DNA from: Pirellula sp. SH-Sr6A
GTDB taxonomy: Bacteria > Planctomycetota > Planctomycetia > Pirellulales > Pirellulaceae
DNA length: 32,000 nucleotides
Assembly: GCF_001610875.1 (NCBI RefSeq)
Contig: NZ_CP011272.1
Span: 662,397 to 694,396, forward strand
Reading direction: 5' to 3'
Shown one piece after another: positions 16,275 through 24,408 of this stretch. The notes beneath the pieces were generated by a model. It had not been told where the DNA came from. It saw only the letters and a list, made by a program, of their open reading frames with translations, and did not search any database. A program made the position numbers and the translations under genes. The first letter of the stretch is position 1; every line of letters begins with the position of its first letter.

Positions 16275-18239
16275 CTGATTGGCGCTCGCCAATAGTCGAA
16301 GACTGGCTTCGTACGAGACTTGCCGAGCATTCAACTGCGAAATGACCGAAACCATATCCGCTTCGATCTGGTTCGATTCGTCCGCTTTCAGAGCGACTCG
16401 AGATTCTTCTTTGATCGCTTTCAAGTTATCGATGCGTTGCTGCTCGACACCTAGAGAACCTCGACTGAGGCTAAGCCTTTCCAAGTCTTGGTCCATGAGT
16501 TGGACGGATCTCGCGATCTCGGCTAAATCTTGATGGTCGATCGCGTCCCGGAGACGAGTCAGGGAATTGAAGATTCCTCGAACTTCTTGTGGGTTAGGAT
16601 CGGAACCTGTGTAGACGAACTCCGACCCCACCAGTTGTGCGGTTGACTCCGATTGGCCACGCGGAACTAAGCCCAGCACCGAAGCAGCTTGGCTGCCTCC
16701 CGCCGAGCGGATCCGGATCGGTCCTGGGTCAGGATCCAAAGGGACGCTCGGTATGGCGGACGTCAGCACAATTCCATTTCCGGTGGAAGCTAGGGAAGCG
16801 GTGATCCGGGTCTCGATCACTTGATTGTCCACATGGTTGTTGATCGTATCGAGAACGTCCTGAATGGTCGTTGCATTGTCTAGATCAACCCCGAGTTCGG
16901 TTCCGTCATTGCGGCGAATGATCAGATCCGCACCTTGGATCGTCTCCATTCCTTGGCCGTAGTTCAGCTCGGAGATTCGGGTTTGACCGTGGAAGGTGCG
17001 CAGTCCCAGTGATTCTGCCAGATTCCCATTCAATTCCCCGATCGAAAAGTCGGTTCCGCTGATCCGAGATTTGATCTGAAGCCCTCGTCCGTCGGGCGAA
17101 ATGGAAGCGATGACGGGAGCCTCCGAGCGATGGATCAGATTGATAGCGTCTTCGATTGTTTCAGCGCCGGTGAACAAGACATCAAAATTCCTGCCACCCT
17201 GCGAAATTCGAAGCCCATCACCCCATGGCAACCCTGCGCCATCGTTCAATTGAGAAAGCTTGGTCGTCAATCGAATGGCGGGTTCGAGGGGTCGGCCGAT
17301 AATCGGTAATGTCGGAGCGGGCTCGTTCGTAACCACCCCCAAGTCGCTCGCGGTCCGTCCCGTTGCAACTTCTTGGATCCGTAGGATTCCTGGGTCTCCA
17401 TCGGCATACTGGAACGCCAACCTCCCGTTGACCAAGGTCGCCGACACTTCTCGGCCGTTCAACGAAACGTTACCGTTGACGCGATCGAGAATATCTCCGA
17501 CGAACTCGGACTTGGCGAGGTCGATCGTAACTTGATTCACGCCATCGGACAGACGGATTGCCCCCGGAGCGATGCCTTGCCCATGATTCAGATCGGCGAT
17601 GCGAGTTGTTTCCGTTGCAATGGGATTCAAATCGTTGCGTCCGATCATCGCATCGGAGAGGAGGCCTAATGCCTTTTGGCCGGTCACGTTATGTGCCAGA
17701 TAGTCACCGCTGTCGGTCAGAGTGAGCAAACTCATATCGTTTCCGTTGTACTGGATTCCTTCGCGACTATTCGTCACTGTCGGAGTCCCAACCAACCCAC
17801 CGGAAAAGAGGTAGCGGTCAATATGCTTTGCGTTGGCCAAGGATTGCAATCGCGTGATGGAAGCCTCGATCTGGTTGATCCAGCCGGTTCGTTCCTCCAC
17901 GCCTGCAACGTTCGTCGATGCTTCGACACCCAAGCCGCGAAGCTCCGTCATAAGGTCTTGGATATTCGAAAGGTTTGCTTCCGTTGCGTTGAGGTAACTT
18001 TGTGAAGAGTCGAGATTCTTGATCGTCTGATCTCGGAATTCGAGCTCACGTTGCAAACTGATGACCCGAAGTGCAGACGTTGGATCTTGGCTCGGAAGCG
18101 TGTAACGCATACCGCTGCTGAGCTGCGACTCCAAGTCCTGAAGTCCCATCTTTCCCATCTGGACCTGATAGAGAGATCGATAGCGATTGGCGGCATCGCT
18201 AGTTCGTCCAGCTACGACGGGATAAAAGGAGCTTAGCAT
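16251..18239 (-). CDS. flgL: Flagellar hook-associated protein 3 (hook-filament junction), unusually long
   Basis: 662 aa. The N-terminal flagellin-like helix region (RYRSLYQVQMGKMGLQDLESQLSSGMRY..PSQDP) and the C-terminal flagellin-like helices (SLGVEQQRIDNL...EADMVSVISQLNARQVSYEASLRLLA) flank a roughly 315-aa repeated insert. The gene lies 3 nt downstream of flgK. Confidence 0.8.
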   Translation of the reverse strand: MLSSFYPVVAGRTSDAANRYRSLYQVQMGKMGLQDLESQLSSGMRYTLPSQDPTSALRVISLQRELEFRDQTIKNLDSSQSYLNATEANLSNIQDLMTELRGLGVEASTNVAGVEERTGWINQIEASITRLQSLANAKHIDRYLFSGGLVGTPTVTNSREGIQYNGNDMSLLTLTDSGDYLAHNVTGQKALGLLSDAMIGRNDLNPIATETTRIADLNHGQGIAPGAIRLSDGVNQVTIDLAKSEFVGDILDRVNGNVSLNGREVSATLVNGRLAFQYADGDPGILRIQEVATGRTASDLGVVTNEPAPTLPIIGRPLEPAIRLTTKLSQLNDGAGLPWGDGLRISQGGRNFDVLFTGAETIEDAINLIHRSEAPVIASISPDGRGLQIKSRISGTDFSIGELNGNLAESLGLRTFHGQTRISELNYGQGMETIQGADLIIRRNDGTELGVDLDNATTIQDVLDTINNHVDNQVIETRITASLASTGNGIVLTSAIPSVPLDPDPGPIRIRSAGGSQAASVLGLVPRGQSESTAQLVGSEFVYTGSDPNPQEVRGIFNSLTRLRDAIDHQDLAEIARSVQLMDQDLERLSLSRGSLGVEQQRIDNLKAIKEESRVALKADESNQIEADMVSVISQLNARQVSYEASLRLLASANQLSLFNYL
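16662..17606 (-). repeat. Three tandem protein modules of about 100 aa inside FlgL
   Basis: Residues 212-310, 325-418 and 420-526 share the pattern T(R/K)I(A/S)xLNxGxG...(I/V)xD(V/I/A)(L/I)(D/N)x(I/V)N, then A(S/T)(L/I)..G.G(L/I)...A(S/E)xLG(L/V). Examples: TRIADLNHGQGI, TKLSQLNDGAGL, TRISELNYGQGM. This resembles the flagellin hook IN motif. Confidence 0.6.
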
Positions 18240-18242
18240 GGT

Positions 18243-19940
18243 TTAGATGATGTTAACGAGAGTTTCGAGGAGGTCGGAAGCGACCGACACGAGACGCGAT
18301 TGCGCTTGAAAAGCTCTCTGAAAGAGCATCATCTTGACCGCTTCTTCATCGAGATTCACCCCGGAGATCCCCAGGTGCTTGGACTCGAGAGTCTGTTGAA
18401 AGTTACGGAGTCCATCGGCGATCCCTTTTTGAGTATTGATCTCGCGGGTGGTATCCGAAATGATCGCATCATAGATACCGTTCAGGCTGCGACCGCCCAA
18501 GAGGGAGGAGGGACTATTGAAGGCTTCCGCCAATCGAATGGCGTTCGCTGCACCGTTTCCGACACCGCTGGTACTGATCGCGAGCTTGGTCGGGTCTTGG
18601 GTAATCTCCGAGCGGACTTGAATGGTACTGGCGGTATCTCCAGTAAAGAACGTGTTGATTCCCAGGGATGCCAGAGCACCACTGGTGTCGTTCGAGAAGC
18701 TGAACGTTAACGCTTCGGATTCGGAGCGGATTTCGAATCGACCATTATTGGTAACGGAAGCGGATAGCCCTACGATCGAGTCGATGGCTGCCGCGAGCTG
18801 TTCGGGTGTGGTATCGGTCGTCATTCCCTGCTGGCGAACAGGGATTTCGTAAGTGGTGGAACTACTGGTTCGTCGGTCGGTCAGCGTGATCGTGAACGAG
18901 CCGTTCTCGATATTGAAGTCAGGGTTGGAAACTTCCAATGGTACATCGGTCTTGTTAACGATGACCTCGCTCTGGAGACTTCGAAATCCTTGGGACCCTT
19001 GGCCTTGCGAGTGGATTCGGTTCACAACGTGAATGATGTCCCGGGTCAGCGAGTCCAATTTGCCGAGAAATCCTTGGCTGGTTGCCATCTGGGCCGCTTC
19101 GTACAATCCGCGAATCTTTCCACCTGATACGTTGACACGCGCGTCGGTGTCTTCGAACCGCAACTCAAGATTCGAGAATTCGCCATCGTCCACCAATTCG
19201 GCTTTGACTTTGCGAGGGATGGCATCGGTGACCAAATAGTCCCCTCCGACAAACACGGTGACCGCACCGTTAGGTTGCTCTTGCGTCGTGATGTCGACGT
19301 AGTTGGAGAGTTCGTCCATCGCTTTGAGTCGTTCGTCGCGCAGGCCGACGGCATCGGACATCGAGCCTCCTTCCATTTCTACGATCCGTAGATTTAGCTT
19401 GGCAATGGAATCCACCAATCGGTTGATTTGTTGAACGGCCTGTCCTACTTCATCCCGATTGCGGAGCGACGCTTTGGTCACGCTATCGGAGACGGATCGG
19501 AGCTGCGACGCGAGTTCTTGCCCACGCTGGATCGCCAAGGCGCGGATCGATTCACTTCCGGGTTGATTCGCGACCTCTTGAAAGGCGGAGGAGAGGTTGC
19601 TCATCCGGGTCGAGATATCGTTCCCGGTCAGCTCGTTCAAAAATGATTCGAGTTCGCCGTTGGCTGACTCGAGGACTTCCTGATAGCTAAGTTGACTTTG
19701 CGTCTGTCGCAGTCGTTCGAGAACAAAGTTGTCGAGTTTTTGTTCGACCGCGACAGCTTGGACGCCCTGGCCGATAATCAAATCGCCAGCTCGGTATCCC
19801 AGGGCGGGAGCGACGACGAGATCCTGGCGGACATATCCAGGCGTATTGACGTTGGCAATGTTATTGCCGACGACTTGCAGACCGAGTTGATTCACCCGAA
19901 GTGCATTGGCAGAACCTTGGATCGCGCTGAATAGACTCAT
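18243..19940 (-). CDS. flgK: Flagellar hook-associated protein 1
   Basis: 565 aa. The N-terminus MSLFSAIQGSANALRVNQLGLQVVGNNIANVNTPGYVRQ is the canonical FlgK/rod-hook N-terminal motif. The C-terminus SGVNLDEEAVKMMLFQRAFQAQSRLVSVASDLLETLVNI is the canonical C-terminal helix. Confidence 0.9.
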   Translation of the reverse strand: MSLFSAIQGSANALRVNQLGLQVVGNNIANVNTPGYVRQDLVVAPALGYRAGDLIIGQGVQAVAVEQKLDNFVLERLRQTQSQLSYQEVLESANGELESFLNELTGNDISTRMSNLSSAFQEVANQPGSESIRALAIQRGQELASQLRSVSDSVTKASLRNRDEVGQAVQQINRLVDSIAKLNLRIVEMEGGSMSDAVGLRDERLKAMDELSNYVDITTQEQPNGAVTVFVGGDYLVTDAIPRKVKAELVDDGEFSNLELRFEDTDARVNVSGGKIRGLYEAAQMATSQGFLGKLDSLTRDIIHVVNRIHSQGQGSQGFRSLQSEVIVNKTDVPLEVSNPDFNIENGSFTITLTDRRTSSSTTYEIPVRQQGMTTDTTPEQLAAAIDSIVGLSASVTNNGRFEIRSESEALTFSFSNDTSGALASLGINTFFTGDTASTIQVRSEITQDPTKLAISTSGVGNGAANAIRLAEAFNSPSSLLGGRSLNGIYDAIISDTTREINTQKGIADGLRNFQQTLESKHLGISGVNLDEEAVKMMLFQRAFQAQSRLVSVASDLLETLVNII

Positions 19941-19960
19941 CGTAGAATGATCCTAAGGGA

Positions 19961-20449
19961 TTAGGCGGCTTCGTTCATCAAGAATCCACCTTCCATGCTC
20001 CGCGCTTCTCCAGGTGCGTAGGTAGCGGTATCAGCGCGACCGGTGGCCAGCACGAGAAGCATTTCCGATACCAGCGACTTGCTCTGGTACGCGCTCATCC
20101 ATAGTGTGATGCTCAGTCTTTGGATTCGGTTCAGTTGCAGCTCCAATTGGGAGATGCGATGGGTCCAAAGCGCTGGCCATTGGGCGTCCATATGGCGGGA
20201 CAGTTCTTTGAAATTGCGAGCATGAAGGCCCATCGCGGCCGCCTGATCCAGTAGCTCTTGCCTTTCGCGTTTGCAATCCGCGATCTCGAGGTGGATCAAT
20301 TCCGCTTCGGTGCAGGCGAGTGCCATGGAGTCCAGATCGGATTGCAGGTACGCCTTTTCGACCTCCTGCAGTTTGGACTCCCACAGATGGAGGGCGTCCG
20401 AAAACCGATCCAGCCACAGTCCGATTTGGTGAAGAAGCGTTGGAACCAT
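19961..20449 (-). CDS. flgN: FlgN-like flagellar export chaperone (putative)
   Basis: 162-aa helical protein immediately upstream (20 nt) of flgK, the position FlgN occupies in many flagellar loci. Heptad-like Leu/Gln/Glu-rich sequence. The assignment rests mainly on synteny and size. Confidence 0.5.
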   Translation of the reverse strand: MVPTLLHQIGLWLDRFSDALHLWESKLQEVEKAYLQSDLDSMALACTEAELIHLEIADCKRERQELLDQAAAMGLHARNFKELSRHMDAQWPALWTHRISQLELQLNRIQRLSITLWMSAYQSKSLVSEMLLVLATGRADTATYAPGEARSMEGGFLMNEAA

Positions 20450-20486
20450 GAGAATCCAGTGTTCTTAGTACGAGATCGAGAATGGC

Positions 20487-20510
20487 CGAAAGGCCCTCGC
20501 GGGCCTTTCG
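20487..20510 (-). terminator. Perfect 10-bp stem / 4-nt loop hairpin downstream of the outer-membrane barrel gene
   Basis: CGAAAGGCCC (20487-20496) and GGGCCTTTCG (20501-20510) with loop TCGC. It lies 18 nt after the stop at 20529 and 37 nt upstream of the flgN-like ATG. The T-run (TTT, 20511-20513) is on the plus strand only, so terminator strength on the minus strand is unclear. Confidence 0.45.
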
Positions 20511-20528
20511 TTTACTGTTCGCGTTCAG

Positions 20529-21908
20529 TTAGAACTGGACCGTGTATCCCAGATCCAGGCCATGCAGGAAGTAGGTATCGGTTTGGAATCTCGGGAGCGG
20601 TCGGCTCATGACTCCATTGATATTGGCGAAGTCGATGGTGGTATCGATTTGGTCTGCAGCCAATGCAACGTTTGGCATCACGAGCAGAGTGTATCCGACA
20701 CCGATTTGACCTCGTCCCAGTCGATACTTCAGCTTCGCACCTGCTTCAGGAAGGAAGGTGAATCGATCGCGGCTGGTTGTTCCGCTGTTTTGCGGTTGAG
20801 CAAAGAGCCCACGATCTTCGGTAGCAGCCGGAGAGTTGGGAGGCGTTTCGCTGTAGAAGCCTGAGGTTTGGGTTCTCTGCTCCATGTTCCCCAACGCGAC
20901 TTTCCCGAGGAGACTCATGGTGAAGCGACCCGATGTCAGATCGCTTGCAAATCCGATGTGCCCCCCATGGAACGTGTTTTTGGTCCCAAAGTTATCGCGG
21001 GTTACGATCACGGTACCATTCTGGATCGGATTCGTAATTCCATCGGTTACCGAGGTCTCCAGCGTGTATCCGCTATCGAGTCGCATGAACGTGTAGCCGG
21101 TTAGAAGATCGATGCGGTGAGCGGAGTCGCCGATCATCAATGTGCGAAGCGACGCGTCCGCCCCGATGAAGTTGAGGTCGGTCGATTCGGTGATGGTACC
21201 GGTGTTCGCACCGTTGGGCGATGCGTCCAGGTTGACCAAGTAAAAGGATGGTCCTGCGTTCACGTCGAAGTAAGCGACACCGTTGGAAACTCCGGTGTTG
21301 CCAAACGTTTGAGACGTTTCACTTCCGAAGAGACCATAAACGCGGCCTTGCAGACCATAGTTCTTGTCGCAATCGAGCCACTTGCCAGCGGTGACACGCA
21401 TGCCGGCGAACATTTCGTTGCCGACTGGATTGTCTTCGCCACCGCTCAGCACGTTGACTGGGAGACCGCCAGGAGTGTTGCCCGACATGATCAATGGTGT
21501 GTTGGTAAAGCCCTTGCCCCACCATAGGATCGCTTCGGTTTCGACCCAGCTGGTTCCCAAATCACCACAGCTAGCCATCGACTCGCATCCGGAGCCCGAT
21601 TCGCAACTTCGCGAACTGCTGGCATGATGGCTGGCGAGAGTGCCAGGAACATGAAATTCAGCTGGCTGAAATGAGACCGGATGGTTCGTCGTTTGGGCGA
21701 ATGGAACGGACGGTTCCATCGACCGGATGTTCCCCATACGAGGATCACTACCGACGGTCCCTTCGCCTGAAGCAGAGTTGTCTGCAATGCGACCGCTGCT
21801 AGCGAGAGGGGAGGATTGCGGGACGTCTTGGCCTACGGCATACGCAGACGCACTCGTTCCGCATAGAGAGGCAATAATCAAAGATAGGGTCTTACGATTG
21901 ATTTTCAT
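20529..21908 (-). CDS. Outer-membrane beta-barrel protein (BBP7-like, planctomycete type)
   Basis: 459 aa. Signal peptide MKINRKTLSLIIASLCGTSASAYA. Alternating-polarity beta-strand pattern through the C-terminal 330 aa, ending with the aromatic residue ...LGYTVQF typical of an OMP beta-signal. ILWWGKG block near the barrel start. Confidence 0.6.
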   Translation of the reverse strand: MKINRKTLSLIIASLCGTSASAYAVGQDVPQSSPLASSGRIADNSASGEGTVGSDPRMGNIRSMEPSVPFAQTTNHPVSFQPAEFHVPGTLASHHASSSRSCESGSGCESMASCGDLGTSWVETEAILWWGKGFTNTPLIMSGNTPGGLPVNVLSGGEDNPVGNEMFAGMRVTAGKWLDCDKNYGLQGRVYGLFGSETSQTFGNTGVSNGVAYFDVNAGPSFYLVNLDASPNGANTGTITESTDLNFIGADASLRTLMIGDSAHRIDLLTGYTFMRLDSGYTLETSVTDGITNPIQNGTVIVTRDNFGTKNTFHGGHIGFASDLTSGRFTMSLLGKVALGNMEQRTQTSGFYSETPPNSPAATEDRGLFAQPQNSGTTSRDRFTFLPEAGAKLKYRLGRGQIGVGYTLLVMPNVALAADQIDTTIDFANINGVMSRPLPRFQTDTYFLHGLDLGYTVQF

Positions 21909-22012
21909 TTGTTCCTTCTCGCTAAGCAGAGCCTTGCGTATTGTTCGAATAATCAGATCGGCCGGAATCCTCAGAAGCTAAGACAAAAATGCTACATCAC
22001 GCAAACTCGGCC

Positions 22013-22086
22013 CATTCCCCCCATCCCACCAAACAGACTCAATCCGTGGGATTTCAGGGGTAGAAACCGCCCGAAGAGGGGGAATG
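22013..22086. promoter_or_regulatory. Nested inverted repeats in the divergent OMP / SecA-paralogue intergenic region
   Basis: Outer perfect 9-bp pairing: CATTCCCCC (22013-22021) with GGGGGAATG (22078-22086). It encloses a perfect 7-bp pairing: ATCCCAC (22023-22029) with GTGGGAT (22046-22052). The motif CCATTCCCC recurs directly at 22157-22165. Confidence 0.3.
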
Positions 22087-22235
22087 TGATCGGTTGAAGC
22101 GTTAGAATGTCGGGCTGGAGATCTTGCGGCGGCCCCACCGAGCGCTGAAATCGAATCCATTCCCCTTTTTCGAGACCGCGCAGCATCCTAGGATGAACTC
22201 GCATTTACCCTCTTCGCGTCCGAGCTCCAACCGTT

Positions 22236-24401
22236 ATGAATAGCAGCATTCCATCCAGCCAAAACGCAACAGGGGATTCAAACGGGGATAGCTTCATGAA
22301 CACGCCTCCCATCCCCTCGGCGAGTTCCCCCCCGCCGCCAACGCGAAATCGAAATCCGAAAGAGACTTCTGCAGCGGTTCCACCCACGCCCGGTCTTCCC
22401 CCGACCACGAAGGCCGCATCGGAAAAGAAACTACACCTCCCCTACAAGCCACACGTTTCGGCAGGTTGGAAACTACCCGGGGTCGCCCAATACAAAGTCA
22501 ATCAGTGGCTGGGACAAGTCCGCTTGGTCAATTCGTGGGAATCGCAGCGCAGGGGGCTGAGCGATAGCCAGATCCGCAAGGAAGCGCTTTCGCTTATCTA
22601 CAGAGCCAAAAGTGGAGAACTGCTCGAAGATCTGCTCCCAGAGACCTATTCGCTCGTTCGAGAAGCGGGCCGCCGTGCGATGAACATGCGTCATTACGAT
22701 GTTCAGATTCTCGGTGGTACCTGCCTGTTCTACGGTTGCATTGCCGAAATGCAAACAGGGGAAGGAAAAACGCTCACCGCCACCCTACCGATGGTGCTCC
22801 ATTCCTTGGTAGGTAAAGGTGCTCACTTGGCCACCGTGAATGATTATTTGGCGGAACGGGACGCCGATTGGATGCGTCCTCTCTATGACGCATTGGGATT
22901 ATCCGTCGGCATCGTTCTCACCAATCACAATCAGGACGAGCGTCGCCGCGCCTACTCCGCGGACGTCACCTATGGAACCGCGAAAGAGTTTGGCTTCGAT
23001 TTTCTGCGAGATCGTTTGTTGATGCGTGCGCAGGGCCGCGCGGTGGATGATTTCCTCGGTGCAGGGTCGAGCGAGCGGTGGTCTTCCTCGGGGGAACAGC
23101 CGGTTCAGCGTGGCATGCATTTTGTTCTGGTCGACGAGGCGGACAGCATTCTGATCGACGAGGCCCGTACTCCATTGATCATCGGCTCCCTCGGTGATGA
23201 AGCCCGGGAAGTGGTGATTGCCACTTACAAATGGGCAGCCAAACATGCTCCCCTCTTTGAATTGAAAGAGCATTTCACCATCGAAGAGGACAATCGAAAG
23301 ATTGAGCTGACAGGGAAGGGACGGCAGTTTGTTCGGGCGTTGCCACGCGATGAAGTCATTCGACTCGCGGCCTTGGTCGACCTTTACGAATATATTGAAC
23401 GGGCGATCAAAGTTCATCGCGACTTCTCGCTGGATCGGCAGTACGTTGTCCGAGATGGCGAAATTGTGATCGTCGATGAATTCACCGGGCGACTTGCCGA
23501 GGGGCGCAAATGGCGAGACGGTATTCACCAAGCCATCGAGGCCAAAGAAAACATTGATGTCTCCGTCCCCACAGGCCAGGCAGCGAGGATCACCGTCCAA
23601 GACCTCTTTTTGCGATACAAGCGTCTCGGTGGAATGACCGGGACGGCAGCCACCAGCGCGGGGGAGATGCGCCGCATCTATAAAACGCCTGTCGTGCAAG
23701 TTCCTACGAATAGACCCCCGAAACGGATTCGACTGCCAGACATTGTTTGCCCCGACATGATGACCAAATTCCACGCCATTGTCGAAGAGGTAAAGGGCAT
23801 TCACGCCAAAGGGAGGCCGATATTGATTGGGACCCGTTCGATCGATAAATCCTCGATCTTGGCAAATCTTCTGCGCGACGAAGGTTTGGGCGTTCAAGTC
23901 CTGAATGCGTATGAAGTCGAAAGGGAAGCAGAAATTGTTTCGCGCGCCGGAGAACGAGGCGCAATCACTGTCGCGACCAACATGGCAGGTCGGGGAACCG
24001 ACATCAAATTACAAGATGAGATCCGAGAGATTGGAGGGATGTTCGTTATCTGTACGGAGCTGCACGATGCGGCGCGCATCGACCGCCAGCTCATCGGACG
24101 ATGCGGTCGGCAAGGCGACCCTGGCTCCTACCGTCAATATCTCGGAATGGACGATGAAATCCTCCGGAATGGGCTGGGCGCAAAAGTATCCGAAAAGATG
24201 AAGAAGATCGGAGCCGCCGAGGTTCAGAATCCTCGAGCGATCCACAAACTCAATCGATTCGCTTCCCAATTCAAACGGGCTCAAAGAAAAGTCGAGAAGA
24301 AACACTTCCGAGATCGGATGGCCCTCCTTTATCACGAAAAGGAACGGACTAAGATTCAGAGAGAAATGGGACAAGACCCCTATCTCGATACTGCGGAATA
24401 A
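22236..24401 (+). CDS. secA: SecA-family ATPase, short paralogue (SecA2-like)
   Basis: 721 aa. SecA blocks: LLPETYSLVREAGRRAMNMRHYDVQILGG, Walker A MQTGEGKT, VNDYLAERD, LVDEADSILIDEARTPLII, MTGTA, NMAGRGTDIKL and GRCGRQGDPGS. About 85 aa of Pro/Ser/Thr-rich N-terminal extension. The protein ends shortly after the scaffold-helix start, so it lacks the long C-terminal region of housekeeping SecA. Confidence 0.9.
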   Translation: MNSSIPSSQNATGDSNGDSFMNTPPIPSASSPPPPTRNRNPKETSAAVPPTPGLPPTTKAASEKKLHLPYKPHVSAGWKLPGVAQYKVNQWLGQVRLVNSWESQRRGLSDSQIRKEALSLIYRAKSGELLEDLLPETYSLVREAGRRAMNMRHYDVQILGGTCLFYGCIAEMQTGEGKTLTATLPMVLHSLVGKGAHLATVNDYLAERDADWMRPLYDALGLSVGIVLTNHNQDERRRAYSADVTYGTAKEFGFDFLRDRLLMRAQGRAVDDFLGAGSSERWSSSGEQPVQRGMHFVLVDEADSILIDEARTPLIIGSLGDEAREVVIATYKWAAKHAPLFELKEHFTIEEDNRKIELTGKGRQFVRALPRDEVIRLAALVDLYEYIERAIKVHRDFSLDRQYVVRDGEIVIVDEFTGRLAEGRKWRDGIHQAIEAKENIDVSVPTGQAARITVQDLFLRYKRLGGMTGTAATSAGEMRRIYKTPVVQVPTNRPPKRIRLPDIVCPDMMTKFHAIVEEVKGIHAKGRPILIGTRSIDKSSILANLLRDEGLGVQVLNAYEVEREAEIVSRAGERGAITVATNMAGRGTDIKLQDEIREIGGMFVICTELHDAARIDRQLIGRCGRQGDPGSYRQYLGMDDEILRNGLGAKVSEKMKKIGAAEVQNPRAIHKLNRFASQFKRAQRKVEKKHFRDRMALLYHEKERTKIQREMGQDPYLDTAE

Positions 24402-24408
24402 TCCATCG

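Noticed and set aside
20450-20528. Sigma28 (FliA) promoter upstream of flgN-flgK-flgL
   Set aside because: The minus-strand sequence contains TAAA but no GCCGATAA-like -10 at the proper 15-nt spacing. Planctomycete flagellar promoter consensus is not known to me.
22899-23897. 332-aa ORF antisense to the SecA paralogue
   Set aside because: The plus-strand frame carries unmistakable SecA motifs across the same nucleotides. The antisense product is Arg/Gly/Pro-rich with no motifs, which is typical of a mirror ORF in GC-rich DNA.
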